From: Candidatus Magasanikiibacteriota bacterium
GTDB taxonomy: Bacteria; Patescibacteriota; Patescibacteriia; Magasanikbacterales; GWA2-37-8
DNA length: 64,000 bases
Direction of reading: 5' to 3'
NCBI GenBank assembly: GCA_041666745.1
Contig: JBAYGI010000004.1
Coordinates: forward strand, 3,440 to 67,439
Each line of letters starts with the position of its first letter. Within the stretch, counting starts at the first letter, position 1. Positions 34,038 through 43,781 of this stretch are shown piece by piece. A model generated the notes under the pieces. It did no database searches and was not told where the DNA came from. It saw nothing but the letters and a program-made list of their open reading frames with translations. Made by a program: the position numbers and the translations under genes.

Positions 34038-37000
34038 AGCATCGTCACGCTATTTACTTTGTCTCCCGGTTCTTTGAATCTCATCAGTCGTACTCCCTGA
34101 GTAGCGCGACCGGAGGAAGAAATAGATTTGAATGGTAAACGAATTACTTGTCCGTGAGTAGACATCAATAGTAAATCTTTTTCGTTGGCATCAACGGTAT
34201 CCACTACTTTGGCGAAAGTAAGATTGCCGGTTTTAGTGGTAATTTCGGCGGTTTTTATACCACTACCACCACGACCCTGTACTTTGTATTCTTTCAAAAC
34301 CGTGCGTTTGCCAACCCCATTTTCACCAACTGTCAAAAATACCAGCGAAGTATTTTTTGGGTCCACTATATCCATACCGATTACTTCGTCAGAACCTTTG
34401 AGGCGCATACCACGTACACCACCAGCTGTGCGTCCCATTTCACGAACGTCTTTTTCACGGAAGCGGATAGCCTGACCTTGTTTGGTGGCGATCATGATTT
34501 CGTTGTTTCCATTGCTTGGTTTGACCCATTCGAGATTGTCGTCCGGTTTTAATTTTAGAGCAACCAAACCATTGCGTCGAACATTGGCAAAATCTTCCAG
34601 AGCGGTCTTTTTGATATTTCCGCGAGTGGTTACCATTACCAAATATTTGATATTGGTCAAATCACCGGTGCCAAGTAGGGCGGTAATTTTTTCATTTGGA
34701 GCCATTTGCAAGAAGTTGACCAAGGCCTGACCTTTGGCGGTGCGACTGGCTTGTGGAATATCATAAGCCATCAATTGGAATACGCGTCCGCGATTGGTGA
34801 AGAATAAAATATTGTCGTGTGTATTGGTAGCCATCAGATGAGCGACACTTTCTTCTTCTTTGGTAGTAACTCCTATTACACCTTTGCCACCACGTGATTG
34901 TTGGTGGAAAGTATCCGGTGGCAAGCGTTTGATGTAGCCATCGGTAGTGATCATGATCACCGTTGGTTCGTTTGGAATCAAATCTTCGGTAGTAAATTCT
35001 TTTACACCGTGCGCGATGATTTTGGTACGACGTTCTTCGCCGTATTTTTCTTGTATTTCTTCAGTTTCAGTTTTTACGATGCCCAATATTTTTTTCTGAG
35101 AAGATAAAATACTTTCCAAATCTTTGATAATCAATCTTTTTTCTTTTAATTCATCTTCAATTTTTTGTCTTTCCAAATTGGCCAATTGTTGTAGTTTCAT
35201 TTCCAAAATAGCAGTCGCTTGTCGATCACTAAATTTGAATTTGGCGATTAAATTTATTTTGGCTTCGTCTTTGTCGTTACTGGCGCGAATCAATTTGATA
35301 ATCAAATCGATTTTATCCAAGGCGATTTTTAAACCTTCCAAAATATGTTCACGATCCTTGGCTTTTTCGAGATCAAATTCGGTGCGACGACGAATTACTA
35401 CTTGACGATGTTTGATGAACTCTTCCAAAATATTTTTTAGATTCAAAACACGTGGTTGGATACCATCTACCAAAGCTAGCAGGTTGTAGTGGAAAGTTGT
35501 TTGTAGCTCGGTTTGTTTGAAAAGTTGATTTAAAACTTTTTGTGGGTAAGAATCTTTTTTGAGTTCGATAACTATACGCACGCCGTCTTTGTTGGACTCA
35601 TCGCGTAAGTCGCGGATGCCTTCCATTTTTTTATCTTGTACCAAGTTGGCGATTTTTTCAATCATCTCGGCTTTGTTTACTTGGTAGGGCACTTCCGTAA
35701 CAATAATTTGGAACATGCCACTTTTTTTGGCTTCCTGAATTTCGGCTTTGGCGCGAATGACCACACCCCCACGTCCGGTAGCACAGGCCGTCAAAATATC
35801 TTTTTTATTATAAATAATACCACCGGTTGGGAAGTCCGGGCCTTTGATAATTTCGGCCAATTCTTCCACAGTAGTTTGAGGTTCTTCGATCAGTTTGATA
35901 ATACCACCGCAAAGTTCAGAAAGATTGTGCGGAGGAATAGAAGTCGCCATACCAACGGCGATACCCATCGTGCCGTTTAGAAGTAGGTTTGGTAGTTTGG
36001 CCGGTAATACCATCGGTTCATTGTGTGAGCCGTCGTAGGTGGCATTGAAATTGACAGTATTTTTTTCAATATCAAAAAGCATTTCCTCGGCAATCGCGCG
36101 TAAACGGGCCTCGGTATAGCGCATAGCAGCCGCAGAATCCCCATCCATTGAGTTATGGACAAATACACCGGAGGCAAGCGCAAAATTGTGAGTATTATCT
36201 ATTGTCAAATCAAACACATCCTCGCGTGTATTTATTTTTTCCACACTTTTCACTTTGTGATTTTTGGTAATATCCTGCAAAACGCATTCTAAATTTTCAG
36301 TATAGTATTTTTTGAAACCTGTATCCCAAGTGGTGGATGCTCCATATGGATAAACTATTTTTCTCACCTGTTCATACAACTCTTGGTTTAATTTTTGGTA
36401 TCTGCCGAATGTTTCTTTGCAGATAGTTAAAAATTTCTTTTTTCCGGTATTGTTGGTCAAGCGTTTTTTGTTGGAGGCGGCGATTTTATCATGGAATAAT
36501 TGTTTGTATTCCGGCAACTTCCACAGTCGTGTCAGGGTTGTGGTAGCACGTTTACTTAGTTCAACTCTTTTTTCCGGGTGTGCTTGAATATGTTCTTTGT
36601 TTACTCTGCTCAAAGTTTGTTTCATCTTTTCTTTGTATTCCGGATTTTGCCAGTTGATCAAATTTCGTGATTTCATTCTTTCGGCAGTCTTCGCACGGTT
36701 TTCTGGTTTTGACCAAAATTCTTTACGGCCTTGTGCAATTTTTTGTCTGTAAGATTCGTCTTGATGTTTTAAGCTGACATTGTCAGAATGAATTTTCCAA
36801 TGTTCACCCCAGTGCATGCGGGTAATGTTCTCTGGATTGTTATTTGTTTTATCAAAATTGACATGGTGGCGTACTCGTCCATCAGCCTTTTGATATTTTT
36901 TATTGGTCAAGTTATAGTTATCTGCCAAATGATGTGCAGGGATCCACTCTTTTGTTTTATTTTGTAATATTAATGAATAACCTTGACGATTTAACCGATC

Positions 37001-37678
37001 AGTAGTTTCGGAAATTTTTTCATAAATAGGCATCAACGATGTTTCGGCTTGTAAATATTGCGCTTCCTTATAACTACCATCACGTAACATAAACAAATGA
37101 TTTGGTGTGCATCTTATTTCTTCGTCGTTGTCCAAAGTTATTTTTACGAGCTCAGCATTTTGTCTTGTCAATCTAGGGTGTTTAATTTCAGCAATAGAAA
37201 TCAAACCGGCACTATTAACAGTGTAGGTATAATTTTTTTTGCCCTGCTCAAATTCTTTTATTAAATCACCGAAACTCAAAGAACGACCGTCCGTCAGTTT
37301 TACTTTAGTGTCTATGGTAAAACAGCCGAAATTTCCCTGGCCATCCACCAACTGATGACGCATGGAAAACTCCTGTGCCATACGCACCATTGCCTCATAT
37401 ATGGAAGAGTCACCGTGCGGATGGTATTTGGCCATCACCTCACCGACTACGTGGGCGGATTTGCGGAATTTACCGGTATGTCGCAGACCAATATTCCACA
37501 TGGCGTAAAGAATACGACGATGCACCGGTTTGAGTCCGTCGCGAACATCTGGCAGAGCGCGTGAAATGATCACACTCATGGCATATTCCAAGTATGAATT
37601 TTTCATTTCACTGACGATAGAAGTCTGAGTGATTTTTCCGATGTCTCCTCCTTTTGGTAGTTCAAGTTTGTTTTGCAT
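34034..37678 (-). CDS. gyrA: DNA gyrase subunit A, interrupted by an in-frame intein
   Basis: LPDVRDGLKPVHRRILYAM, HPHGDSSIYEAMVRMAQEFSMRHQLVDGQGNFG [intein] SMDGDSAAAMRYTEARL, and a C-terminal beta-pinwheel. 1214 aa raw, 823 aa without the intein. Confidence 0.95.
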   Translation of the reverse strand: MQNKLELPKGGDIGKITQTSIVSEMKNSYLEYAMSVIISRALPDVRDGLKPVHRRILYAMWNIGLRHTGKFRKSAHVVGEVMAKYHPHGDSSIYEAMVRMAQEFSMRHQLVDGQGNFGCFTIDTKVKLTDGRSLSFGDLIKEFEQGKKNYTYTVNSAGLISIAEIKHPRLTRQNAELVKITLDNDEEIRCTPNHLFMLRDGSYKEAQYLQAETSLMPIYEKISETTDRLNRQGYSLILQNKTKEWIPAHHLADNYNLTNKKYQKADGRVRHHVNFDKTNNNPENITRMHWGEHWKIHSDNVSLKHQDESYRQKIAQGRKEFWSKPENRAKTAERMKSRNLINWQNPEYKEKMKQTLSRVNKEHIQAHPEKRVELSKRATTTLTRLWKLPEYKQLFHDKIAASNKKRLTNNTGKKKFLTICKETFGRYQKLNQELYEQVRKIVYPYGASTTWDTGFKKYYTENLECVLQDITKNHKVKSVEKINTREDVFDLTIDNTHNFALASGVFVHNSMDGDSAAAMRYTEARLRAIAEEMLFDIEKNTVNFNATYDGSHNEPMVLPAKLPNLLLNGTMGIAVGMATSIPPHNLSELCGGIIKLIEEPQTTVEELAEIIKGPDFPTGGIIYNKKDILTACATGRGGVVIRAKAEIQEAKKSGMFQIIVTEVPYQVNKAEMIEKIANLVQDKKMEGIRDLRDESNKDGVRIVIELKKDSYPQKVLNQLFKQTELQTTFHYNLLALVDGIQPRVLNLKNILEEFIKHRQVVIRRRTEFDLEKAKDREHILEGLKIALDKIDLIIKLIRASNDKDEAKINLIAKFKFSDRQATAILEMKLQQLANLERQKIEDELKEKRLIIKDLESILSSQKKILGIVKTETEEIQEKYGEERRTKIIAHGVKEFTTEDLIPNEPTVIMITTDGYIKRLPPDTFHQQSRGGKGVIGVTTKEEESVAHLMATNTHDNILFFTNRGRVFQLMAYDIPQASRTAKGQALVNFLQMAPNEKITALLGTGDLTNIKYLVMVTTRGNIKKTALEDFANVRRNGLVALKLKPDDNLEWVKPSNGNNEIMIATKQGQAIRFREKDVREMGRTAGGVRGMRLKGSDEVIGMDIVDPKNTSLVFLTVGENGVGKRTVLKEYKVQGRGGSGIKTAEITTKTGNLTFAKVVDTVDANEKDLLLMSTHGQVIRLPFKSISSSGRATQGVRLMRFKEPGDKVNSVTML
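36152..37324 (-). mobile_element. 391-aa intein with HNH-type homing endonuclease and NUMOD-like repeats, inserted between GQGNFG and SMDGD of GyrA
   Basis: Begins with Cys (CFTIDTKVKL, block A), has a TPNH block B, and ends with ...TIDNTHNFALASGVFVHN followed by Ser (+1). Internal HHVNFDKTNNNPENITRMHWGEHWKIH (HNH motif) and repeated N..W..PEYK modules. Confidence 0.85.
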
Positions 37679-37680
37679 AA

Positions 37681-38094
37681 TTATCTTTTAGTGCTAGTTG
37701 TTTTAGTAGTGATAGAAATAATAGTGGAGGTGGTGATATCGATCGTGCTAGTCGTACTGGTAGAAATATTTTTTATCTGTTGTTTTAAAACGTTGTTTAA
37801 TAATTCTTTTAGTTGTAATTTTGTCAGCTGGTTTTGTAATTCATTTTCTCTCGTAGTTTGTAATACTTGATCCCAATCGCTACTGGATTGTTTTAAAATT
37901 TTACTTTCTTCAGTTTTTTTCCAATTTATACTGGATATATTTGACCACAATGAATATCCCCAAAAAAATACTATCAACACGCCCAATCCGCCAACCCCGA
38001 CCCAAAGCCAGATAGACAATTTTTTTTCTTTGGTCAGTTGTTCGTTTATAAATTGTTCGCGAATATTTTTTTTACCCCCTTTTTTGGTCGGCAT
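37681..38094 (-). CDS. hypothetical membrane-anchored protein with low-complexity S/T-rich tail
   Basis: 137 aa, one TM helix, TSTTSTIDITTSTIISITTKTTST tail. Confidence 0.4.
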   Translation of the reverse strand: MPTKKGGKKNIREQFINEQLTKEKKLSIWLWVGVGGLGVLIVFFWGYSLWSNISSINWKKTEESKILKQSSSDWDQVLQTTRENELQNQLTKLQLKELLNNVLKQQIKNISTSTTSTIDITTSTIISITTKTTSTKR

Positions 38095-38097
38095 ATA

Positions 38098-38712
38098 TTA
38101 GTAATTTTTTTCTAACACCATTAGTTTTGTTTCTTCAGTTGGCAGATCTTTCTTTTTTATAATAATTTTTTTATCAGTGATATCCGGTTTGAGACCAAGC
38201 ACTTTGATAAAACTGCTCAAGGTGCCGGCTTTGGGATCGCTATCACACTGGTAGGCGATTGGAATCACAATACGTGGTTCCATAGCCGTCACCATATCCG
38301 CCGCATCTTCCGGGGATAGATAGTTGCCACCATCACCGACTGGCACAAACAAAATATCCGGTGTGCCCAGTTTTTCAATATATTCAGCGTCTAATTTTTT
38401 GGTGATTTTTCCTAAATGTACCAGGTTTAAATTTTCGGCATTGATTTTAAAAACTTGGCCATCTCCACAAGGGTAGCTATAACACATCACACCTTTGACT
38501 TCACATTCGCCGGAAGTGGAAATAATAAATGGTTCTTGAGAAAGAGTGGTGGCGTCGTCTTCACCGTGAGAATACAAGGCGATTTGAGGGCTGAAACTAC
38601 GAGGAAATTCACCAGTGGTGGGTTTGTAGCCATCAATAATCACCGTGATATCTTCGTCGAGATTTTTGGTTTGCAGACGGACGCAAGTTTGTCCAAGCCA
38701 TGAAATGTGCAT
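38098..38712 (-). CDS. hypothetical protein, possibly a degenerate metallo-beta-lactamase-fold hydrolase
   Basis: 204 aa with an MBL-like N-terminal beta pattern, but the canonical HxHxDH motif is missing. Confidence 0.35.
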   Translation of the reverse strand: MHISWLGQTCVRLQTKNLDEDITVIIDGYKPTTGEFPRSFSPQIALYSHGEDDATTLSQEPFIISTSGECEVKGVMCYSYPCGDGQVFKINAENLNLVHLGKITKKLDAEYIEKLGTPDILFVPVGDGGNYLSPEDAADMVTAMEPRIVIPIAYQCDSDPKAGTLSSFIKVLGLKPDITDKKIIIKKKDLPTEETKLMVLEKNY

Positions 38713-38826
38713 ATTTTTATCTAAAAAATCTGAAAAATTAAGTCAAATAAAACTGTTGAAATTATATCATAATATGGTAGGGGTGGCAAGTAGAAAAATA
38801 GGGTAAATAGTGTATAAACATGAGTA

Positions 38827-38855
38827 TTGACAAATCCTTGAAAATAGGTTATTAT
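38827..38855 (+). promoter_or_regulatory. sigma70-like promoter upstream of rpsA (TTGACA, 17 nt, TATTAT)
   Basis: Read directly from the sequence. Confidence 0.4.
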
Positions 38856-38949
38856 AGCTTCATCAATTAAATATCCAAGTTCGCCCAGTTTAGAGGTGGA
38901 CACCCATTTTGACTAGGATCAAAAGGGATAAAAAGATTTTTTTTGTTTT

Positions 38950-40128
38950 ATGACAGATGCTGTCAAAAATACCGTCAAACAAGATTTCAAAACTCTGTTG
39001 GCTGGTATGGCTATAAACGTCCCTAAGGTTGGGGAAGTTATCAAAGGTAAAGTAATCTCCGTCGATCGTGGTGAGGTTCGTTTGGATGTCGAAGGGGTGA
39101 CCACCGGTGTTGTCCGTGGTCGCGAATTATTTGTGGAATCACGTGAATATGCCGGCCTAAAGGTTGGTGATTCGGCTGAGGCCACGGTAGTGGATTTGGA
39201 AAATGAAAATGGCGAAATGGAGCTTTCCTTCCGCATTGCCGGTTATCAGCGTGCTTGGGATAGTATGAAAAAATGGATGAAAGACGGTTTGACTTTGAAA
39301 GCCAAAGTTGTATCCGCCAACAAAGGTGGTTTGATGATGCGTGTAGATGCTTTGTCTGGTTTTATGCCAGTTTCTCAGCTCTCTCCTGACAATTATCCAC
39401 GAGTTACCGGTGGTGACAAGAATCGTATTTTGGATAAATTGCGTGAAATGCAAGGCAAAGAATTCGAAGTGAAAGTTATCGATGTTGATGAAAAAGAAGA
39501 AAAATTGATTGTTTCCGAGCGTGCAGTTTGGGAAGATTCTCAAAAAGCCGTACTTGAAACATACAAGATTGGCGATGTGGTATCCGGTGAAATTTCCGCT
39601 TTGACTTCATTTGGCGCTTTTGTGAAATTTGGTGATGGTCTGGAAGGCTTGATTCATATTTCTGAAATCGCTTGGCAGAGAATTGATCACCCAAAAGATG
39701 TTTTGAAAGTTGGTGATCAGGTCAAAGCTCAAATTATCCAGCTTGATCATTCCAAGATTTATTTGTCTATCAAACGTTTGGTGGATGATCCTTGGAAAAA
39801 AGTAAAGGAAAAATACAAAATGGGCGATAAAGTGACCGGTAAAATTATCAAAGTAGAACCATTTGGTTTGATGATTGCCCTAGACAAAGAAATTCACGGT
39901 TTGGCTCATATTTCTGAACTTTCCGATGATCCAATTTCCAATATTCACGACAAATTCAAACTCGGACAAGAATTGGAGTTTGAAGTGGTATCAGTAGAGC
40001 CTGCCGAACATCGTTTGGGCTTGAAAGTAGCCGGGGTAAAAGGGAAATTGAAGAAAGAAGATAAAAAAGATGAGGCGAAAAAAGAGGAAGTGAAAGAAGA
40101 AAAAAAGGAAGAAGTTAAGGCAGAATAA
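38950..40128 (+). CDS. rpsA: 30S ribosomal protein S1 (multi-S1-domain)
   Basis: Four or more tandem S1 domains (GxV motifs every ~85 aa) and a K/E-rich tail. Confidence 0.8.
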   Translation: MTDAVKNTVKQDFKTLLAGMAINVPKVGEVIKGKVISVDRGEVRLDVEGVTTGVVRGRELFVESREYAGLKVGDSAEATVVDLENENGEMELSFRIAGYQRAWDSMKKWMKDGLTLKAKVVSANKGGLMMRVDALSGFMPVSQLSPDNYPRVTGGDKNRILDKLREMQGKEFEVKVIDVDEKEEKLIVSERAVWEDSQKAVLETYKIGDVVSGEISALTSFGAFVKFGDGLEGLIHISEIAWQRIDHPKDVLKVGDQVKAQIIQLDHSKIYLSIKRLVDDPWKKVKEKYKMGDKVTGKIIKVEPFGLMIALDKEIHGLAHISELSDDPISNIHDKFKLGQELEFEVVSVEPAEHRLGLKVAGVKGKLKKEDKKDEAKKEEVKEEKKEEVKAE

Positions 40129-40143
40129 AATATACAAAATTTT

Positions 40144-40175
40144 AAAAACCGTCCGTAATTGGGCGGTTTTTTTAT
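40144..40175 (+). terminator. intrinsic terminator after rpsA
   Basis: AAAACCGTCCG taatt GGGCGGTTTTTTT. Confidence 0.6.
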
Positions 40176-40241
40176 TTTGACGATGAGGTGAAAAAAGAGT
40201 AAAATATATTGTGTAAATTATTTTTTATTAATTAAAAATTT

Positions 40242-40733
40242 ATGCAACAAATAGATAATATAATAAAAAATACACAGATTGCGATTTTTAAAGGTAAGGA
40301 AATTAGGAAAACTTTGTTTCAAGGCGAGTGGTGGTTTTCGGTAACTGATGTAGTAGAAGCGCTTACGGACAGTTCAAACCCAAATGATTATTGGTATCGT
40401 ATGAAAGTTCGTGTAAAAAGTGAGGATAAAATTGAGTTATCAACAATTTGTCGACAACTGAAATTAGAATCTTCTGATGGCAAAAAGTATGAAACTGACT
40501 GTGCCAACACAGAAGGAATTTTTCGTATCATCCAATCAATCCCATCCCCCAAAGCCGAGCCATTCAAACGTTGGTTGGCAAAGGTGGGTTACGAACGAGT
40601 GCAAGAAATAGAAAATCCGGAGCTCGCCACCAAGCGAACACGAATGTTGTATAAAATGAAAGGATATAAGGAATTACTCGGGGCACCTCAAAAACTCATC
40701 ACTACGGTGGTGATTTTTTGTTTAGTGCCTTGA
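40242..40733 (+). CDS. Bro-N domain protein (phage antirepressor-like N-terminal domain)
   Basis: EIRKTLFQGEWWFSVTDVVEALTDSSNP matches the Bro-N consensus (F..iR....ge.WF.a.Dva.aLg). Confidence 0.5.
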   Translation: MQQIDNIIKNTQIAIFKGKEIRKTLFQGEWWFSVTDVVEALTDSSNPNDYWYRMKVRVKSEDKIELSTICRQLKLESSDGKKYETDCANTEGIFRIIQSIPSPKAEPFKRWLAKVGYERVQEIENPELATKRTRMLYKMKGYKELLGAPQKLITTVVIFCLVP

Positions 40734-40784
40734 TTTTGTTATTGAAATAGGGTAGTATTATTACTATATTATTAAGCAATATAT

Positions 40785-42629
40785 ATGAAAAACTTTTTGA
40801 AAAATTTTATAGCTGTGTTTTTGGTGCTGTTGGTGGTGGCGGGTGTGTTGGGGTTAACTCGATCCAATGCAAGCCAAAAACCGGACAAAGTAGATATCGG
40901 CTGGTTGATTCAAGAAATCAATGCCGGTCAGGTGAAAAAAGTTTCCGTGAGTGGAGATACTATTGATGTAGAATTGAAAGATGCTACCGCCAAACATCAA
41001 GAAGTAAAAAAAGAAACAGGTGAATCGTTTGGTGATATTATGAAAAACTACGGCGTGTCGGATACCGCCCGCAATAGTATCGCGGTGGAAATTAAAGACG
41101 AAAGTGGTTGGAAATTTTGGTTGGTGAATCTTTTGCCGGTGATTATCCCATTGGTTATTATTATGGCATTTTTATATTTCATGACTAGAGGGGTACAAGG
41201 TGCCAACAACAAAGCGATGGGATTTGGTCAGAGTAATCCTCGCCAAGTAGGGGCAGATAATAAAGATAAAAAAACTTTTGCGGATGTTGCGGGTGCAAAA
41301 GAAGCCAAAGAAGAGCTGGAAGAAATCGTAGATTTTTTGAAAGACCCAAAAAAGTTTGCCGACATGGGTGCCAAAATTCCCAAAGGTGTATTGTTGATGG
41401 GTGCTCCGGGTACTGGTAAAACTTTGTTGGCCAAAGCAGTTGCGGGTGAAGCGGGGGTGCAATTTTTTCACATGAGCGGTTCAGAATTTGTGGAAATGTT
41501 TGTGGGTGTTGGTGCCAGTCGTGTGCGTGATTTGTTTGCCAAAGCAAAAAAAGCCGCTCCGGCGATTGTGTTTATTGATGAAATCGATGCGGTTGGACGA
41601 CGTCGTGGTACCGGTATGGGTGGTGGTCATGATGAACGCGAACAAACTTTGAATCAAATTTTGGTGGAGATGGATGGTTTTGAAGCCAATTTGGGAGTAA
41701 TCGTAATGGCGGCCACCAATCGCCCGGATGTTTTGGATCCAGCTTTGTTGCGCCCAGGTCGTTTTGATCGTCGTGTGGTTATCGATTTACCGGACATCAA
41801 AGATCGTGAAGAAATTTTGACAGTTCATGCCAAAGGCAAACCGATAGATAGTACTGTTTCTCTAAACAAGTTGGCTCAACGCACCCCCGGATTTTCCGGA
41901 GCGGATTTAGCCAATCTGTTGAATGAAGCGGCTATTTTGACTGTGCGTCGTGGTAAAAAAATTATTGGAGAGAGTGAAGTTTTGGAAAGTATTGAAAAAG
42001 TATTACTTGGCCCGGAAAGAAAAAATCGAATTATCAGTACACAAGAAAAGAAAATGACTGCTTATCATGAAGCGGGGCATGCGGTGGTAGGGCATTTTTT
42101 GTCGCACTGTGATCCAATTCGCAAGGTGTCAGTAATTTCTCGAGGACAAGCCGGTGGTTATACTTTGCATATGCCAACCGAAGACAAACACTATCGCACA
42201 CTTGCTCAGTTTCGAGATGATTTGGCTATGATGTTTGGTGGTTATGCAGTGGAAAAATTAATTTTTGGTGATGATATGTTGTCGACCGGTCCAAGCTCGG
42301 ATTTGCGCAACGCTACCAAAACCGCCAAAGATATGGTGACTCGTTATGGTATGAGTGAAAAACTCGGCCCACGTACTTTTGGAGAGCATGAGGAAATGAT
42401 TTTCTTAGGCAAAGAAATCCACGAACAGCGCGATTATAGCGATAAAACCGCTGAAGAAATAGACAAAGAAATTAAAGTATTGGTGGAAAATGCTGAAAAA
42501 CGCGCCAACACAATCGTGGTGGCCAATCGTGAAAAAATGGATTTGTTGGTGCAAGAGCTGATGGAAAAAGAAACAATCGAACAAGAAGACATCCTGAGAA
42601 TTTTAGGACCACGCCCTACCGTAGAATAA
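40785..42629 (+). CDS. ftsH: ATP-dependent zinc metalloprotease FtsH
   Basis: N-terminal TM helices, Walker [19 protein letters not shown] zinc motif. Confidence 0.96.
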   Translation: MKNFLKNFIAVFLVLLVVAGVLGLTRSNASQKPDKVDIGWLIQEINAGQVKKVSVSGDTIDVELKDATAKHQEVKKETGESFGDIMKNYGVSDTARNSIAVEIKDESGWKFWLVNLLPVIIPLVIIMAFLYFMTRGVQGANNKAMGFGQSNPRQVGADNKDKKTFADVAGAKEAKEELEEIVDFLKDPKKFADMGAKIPKGVLLMGAPGTGKTLLAKAVAGEAGVQFFHMSGSEFVEMFVGVGASRVRDLFAKAKKAAPAIVFIDEIDAVGRRRGTGMGGGHDEREQTLNQILVEMDGFEANLGVIVMAATNRPDVLDPALLRPGRFDRRVVIDLPDIKDREEILTVHAKGKPIDSTVSLNKLAQRTPGFSGADLANLLNEAAILTVRRGKKIIGESEVLESIEKVLLGPERKNRIISTQEKKMTAYHEAGHAVVGHFLSHCDPIRKVSVISRGQAGGYTLHMPTEDKHYRTLAQFRDDLAMMFGGYAVEKLIFGDDMLSTGPSSDLRNATKTAKDMVTRYGMSEKLGPRTFGEHEEMIFLGKEIHEQRDYSDKTAEEIDKEIKVLVENAEKRANTIVVANREKMDLLVQELMEKETIEQEDILRILGPRPTVE

Positions 42630-42640
42630 TATTAAAAAAT

Positions 42641-42733
42641 ACCGGCTACAATTACCTTTGAGCGGGTTATGAGCCCGAGGCTCATCCTTTTGCCCTCGCG
42701 GGCAAAAAAAGCGAAAAGGTTGTTGTAGCCGGT
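42641..42733. repeat. structured palindromic intergenic element, copy 2 (inverted relative to copy 1; inner stem TTGCCC-gcga-GGGCAA)
   Basis: Read directly from the sequence. Flanked by an A-run and a T-run. Lies 3' of ftsH. Confidence 0.85.
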
Positions 42734-42807
42734 ATTTTTTGTTTTTCAGAAATGTGCTATAATATATTTAGTCAGGCAAGTTTAATTGCCAATTGTTATT
42801 TGTATCT

Positions 42808-43779
42808 ATGCACGAACCAACTTTTCGTCAAGCGCTCTCTCGTTCTTGGCAATTGGTAGCGCAAAAAAAATCTTTGTGGATTTTTGGATTATTGTCAGCG
42901 TTGATTGGACAGATGGGGTTGAGTGATTTTGTGGGGATGTTATACAAAACTACCAACGAAGGTTTTAGGCCTTATGATTTTAGTTTATTTTTCGATTTTA
43001 TCAACAGTTTAAATTGGCATCGGGTGTCGGTGGTTTTGTTGGCGCTTTGGTTGCTCGGAATTATTTTACTTTTAATAATGGTAATAGTTTTTGTATCGGT
43101 TAGTGCCAGAGGGGCGATCATCGCATACGCTATTCATTGGTATAAAAAAGAAAGTATCATGCCGTTGTCTGATGCTTGGAACAAAGGCGTGCAAAGATTT
43201 TTTCCACTCTTGGCAATTTCCATAGTTGGTAGAGGTTTGCAGATGATTTTTATTTGTTTATTTTCTGTAGTGGCTTCTAGATTAGTTCAGGGCAATACAT
43301 TGTCTGGGAGTTTGTGGTTGATATTTTCCGCGACTGTGGCCTTGTGTTTTATTTTATTGATTGAAGCGGTTTCGATTTTTAGCAGCGGATATTTGATGTT
43401 TGAAAAGAAAAGTTTGGTCAAATCTGTTCAAAAAGGTTGGAGTTTATTTTTGGATCATGTGTTGGTTTCTTTCGAATTGGGAGTGGTGTTGATGTTGCTC
43501 AGCGCTATTTTATTGGGAGTGATTATTTATGGTTCGTTTGTCGCTTTTCTGCCGTCGTTGGTGATGTGGCTTATTGCTGGATTAAGCGGTATGAATTTTT
43601 TAATTGGTTTTGGAATTTATTCCGGAGTAGTTTTGTATATTGCTTTAGTGTTGGTTTTAGCCGGCATTTTCAATGCTTTTGTGACTTGTTCTTGGATGTA
43701 TTTATTTATGAAAATGCATCATGAAGGAGTGGTCAGTAGAGTTATTCATTTTTTTCAACATCTTTTTAGAAGAACTTAA
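42808..43779 (+). CDS. hypothetical polytopic membrane protein
   Basis: About 324 aa with 7-8 TM helices. Immediately precedes the pilB-type ATPase. Confidence 0.45.
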   Translation: MHEPTFRQALSRSWQLVAQKKSLWIFGLLSALIGQMGLSDFVGMLYKTTNEGFRPYDFSLFFDFINSLNWHRVSVVLLALWLLGIILLLIMVIVFVSVSARGAIIAYAIHWYKKESIMPLSDAWNKGVQRFFPLLAISIVGRGLQMIFICLFSVVASRLVQGNTLSGSLWLIFSATVALCFILLIEAVSIFSSGYLMFEKKSLVKSVQKGWSLFLDHVLVSFELGVVLMLLSAILLGVIIYGSFVAFLPSLVMWLIAGLSGMNFLIGFGIYSGVVLYIALVLVLAGIFNAFVTCSWMYLFMKMHHEGVVSRVIHFFQHLFRRT

Positions 43780-43781
43780 TT

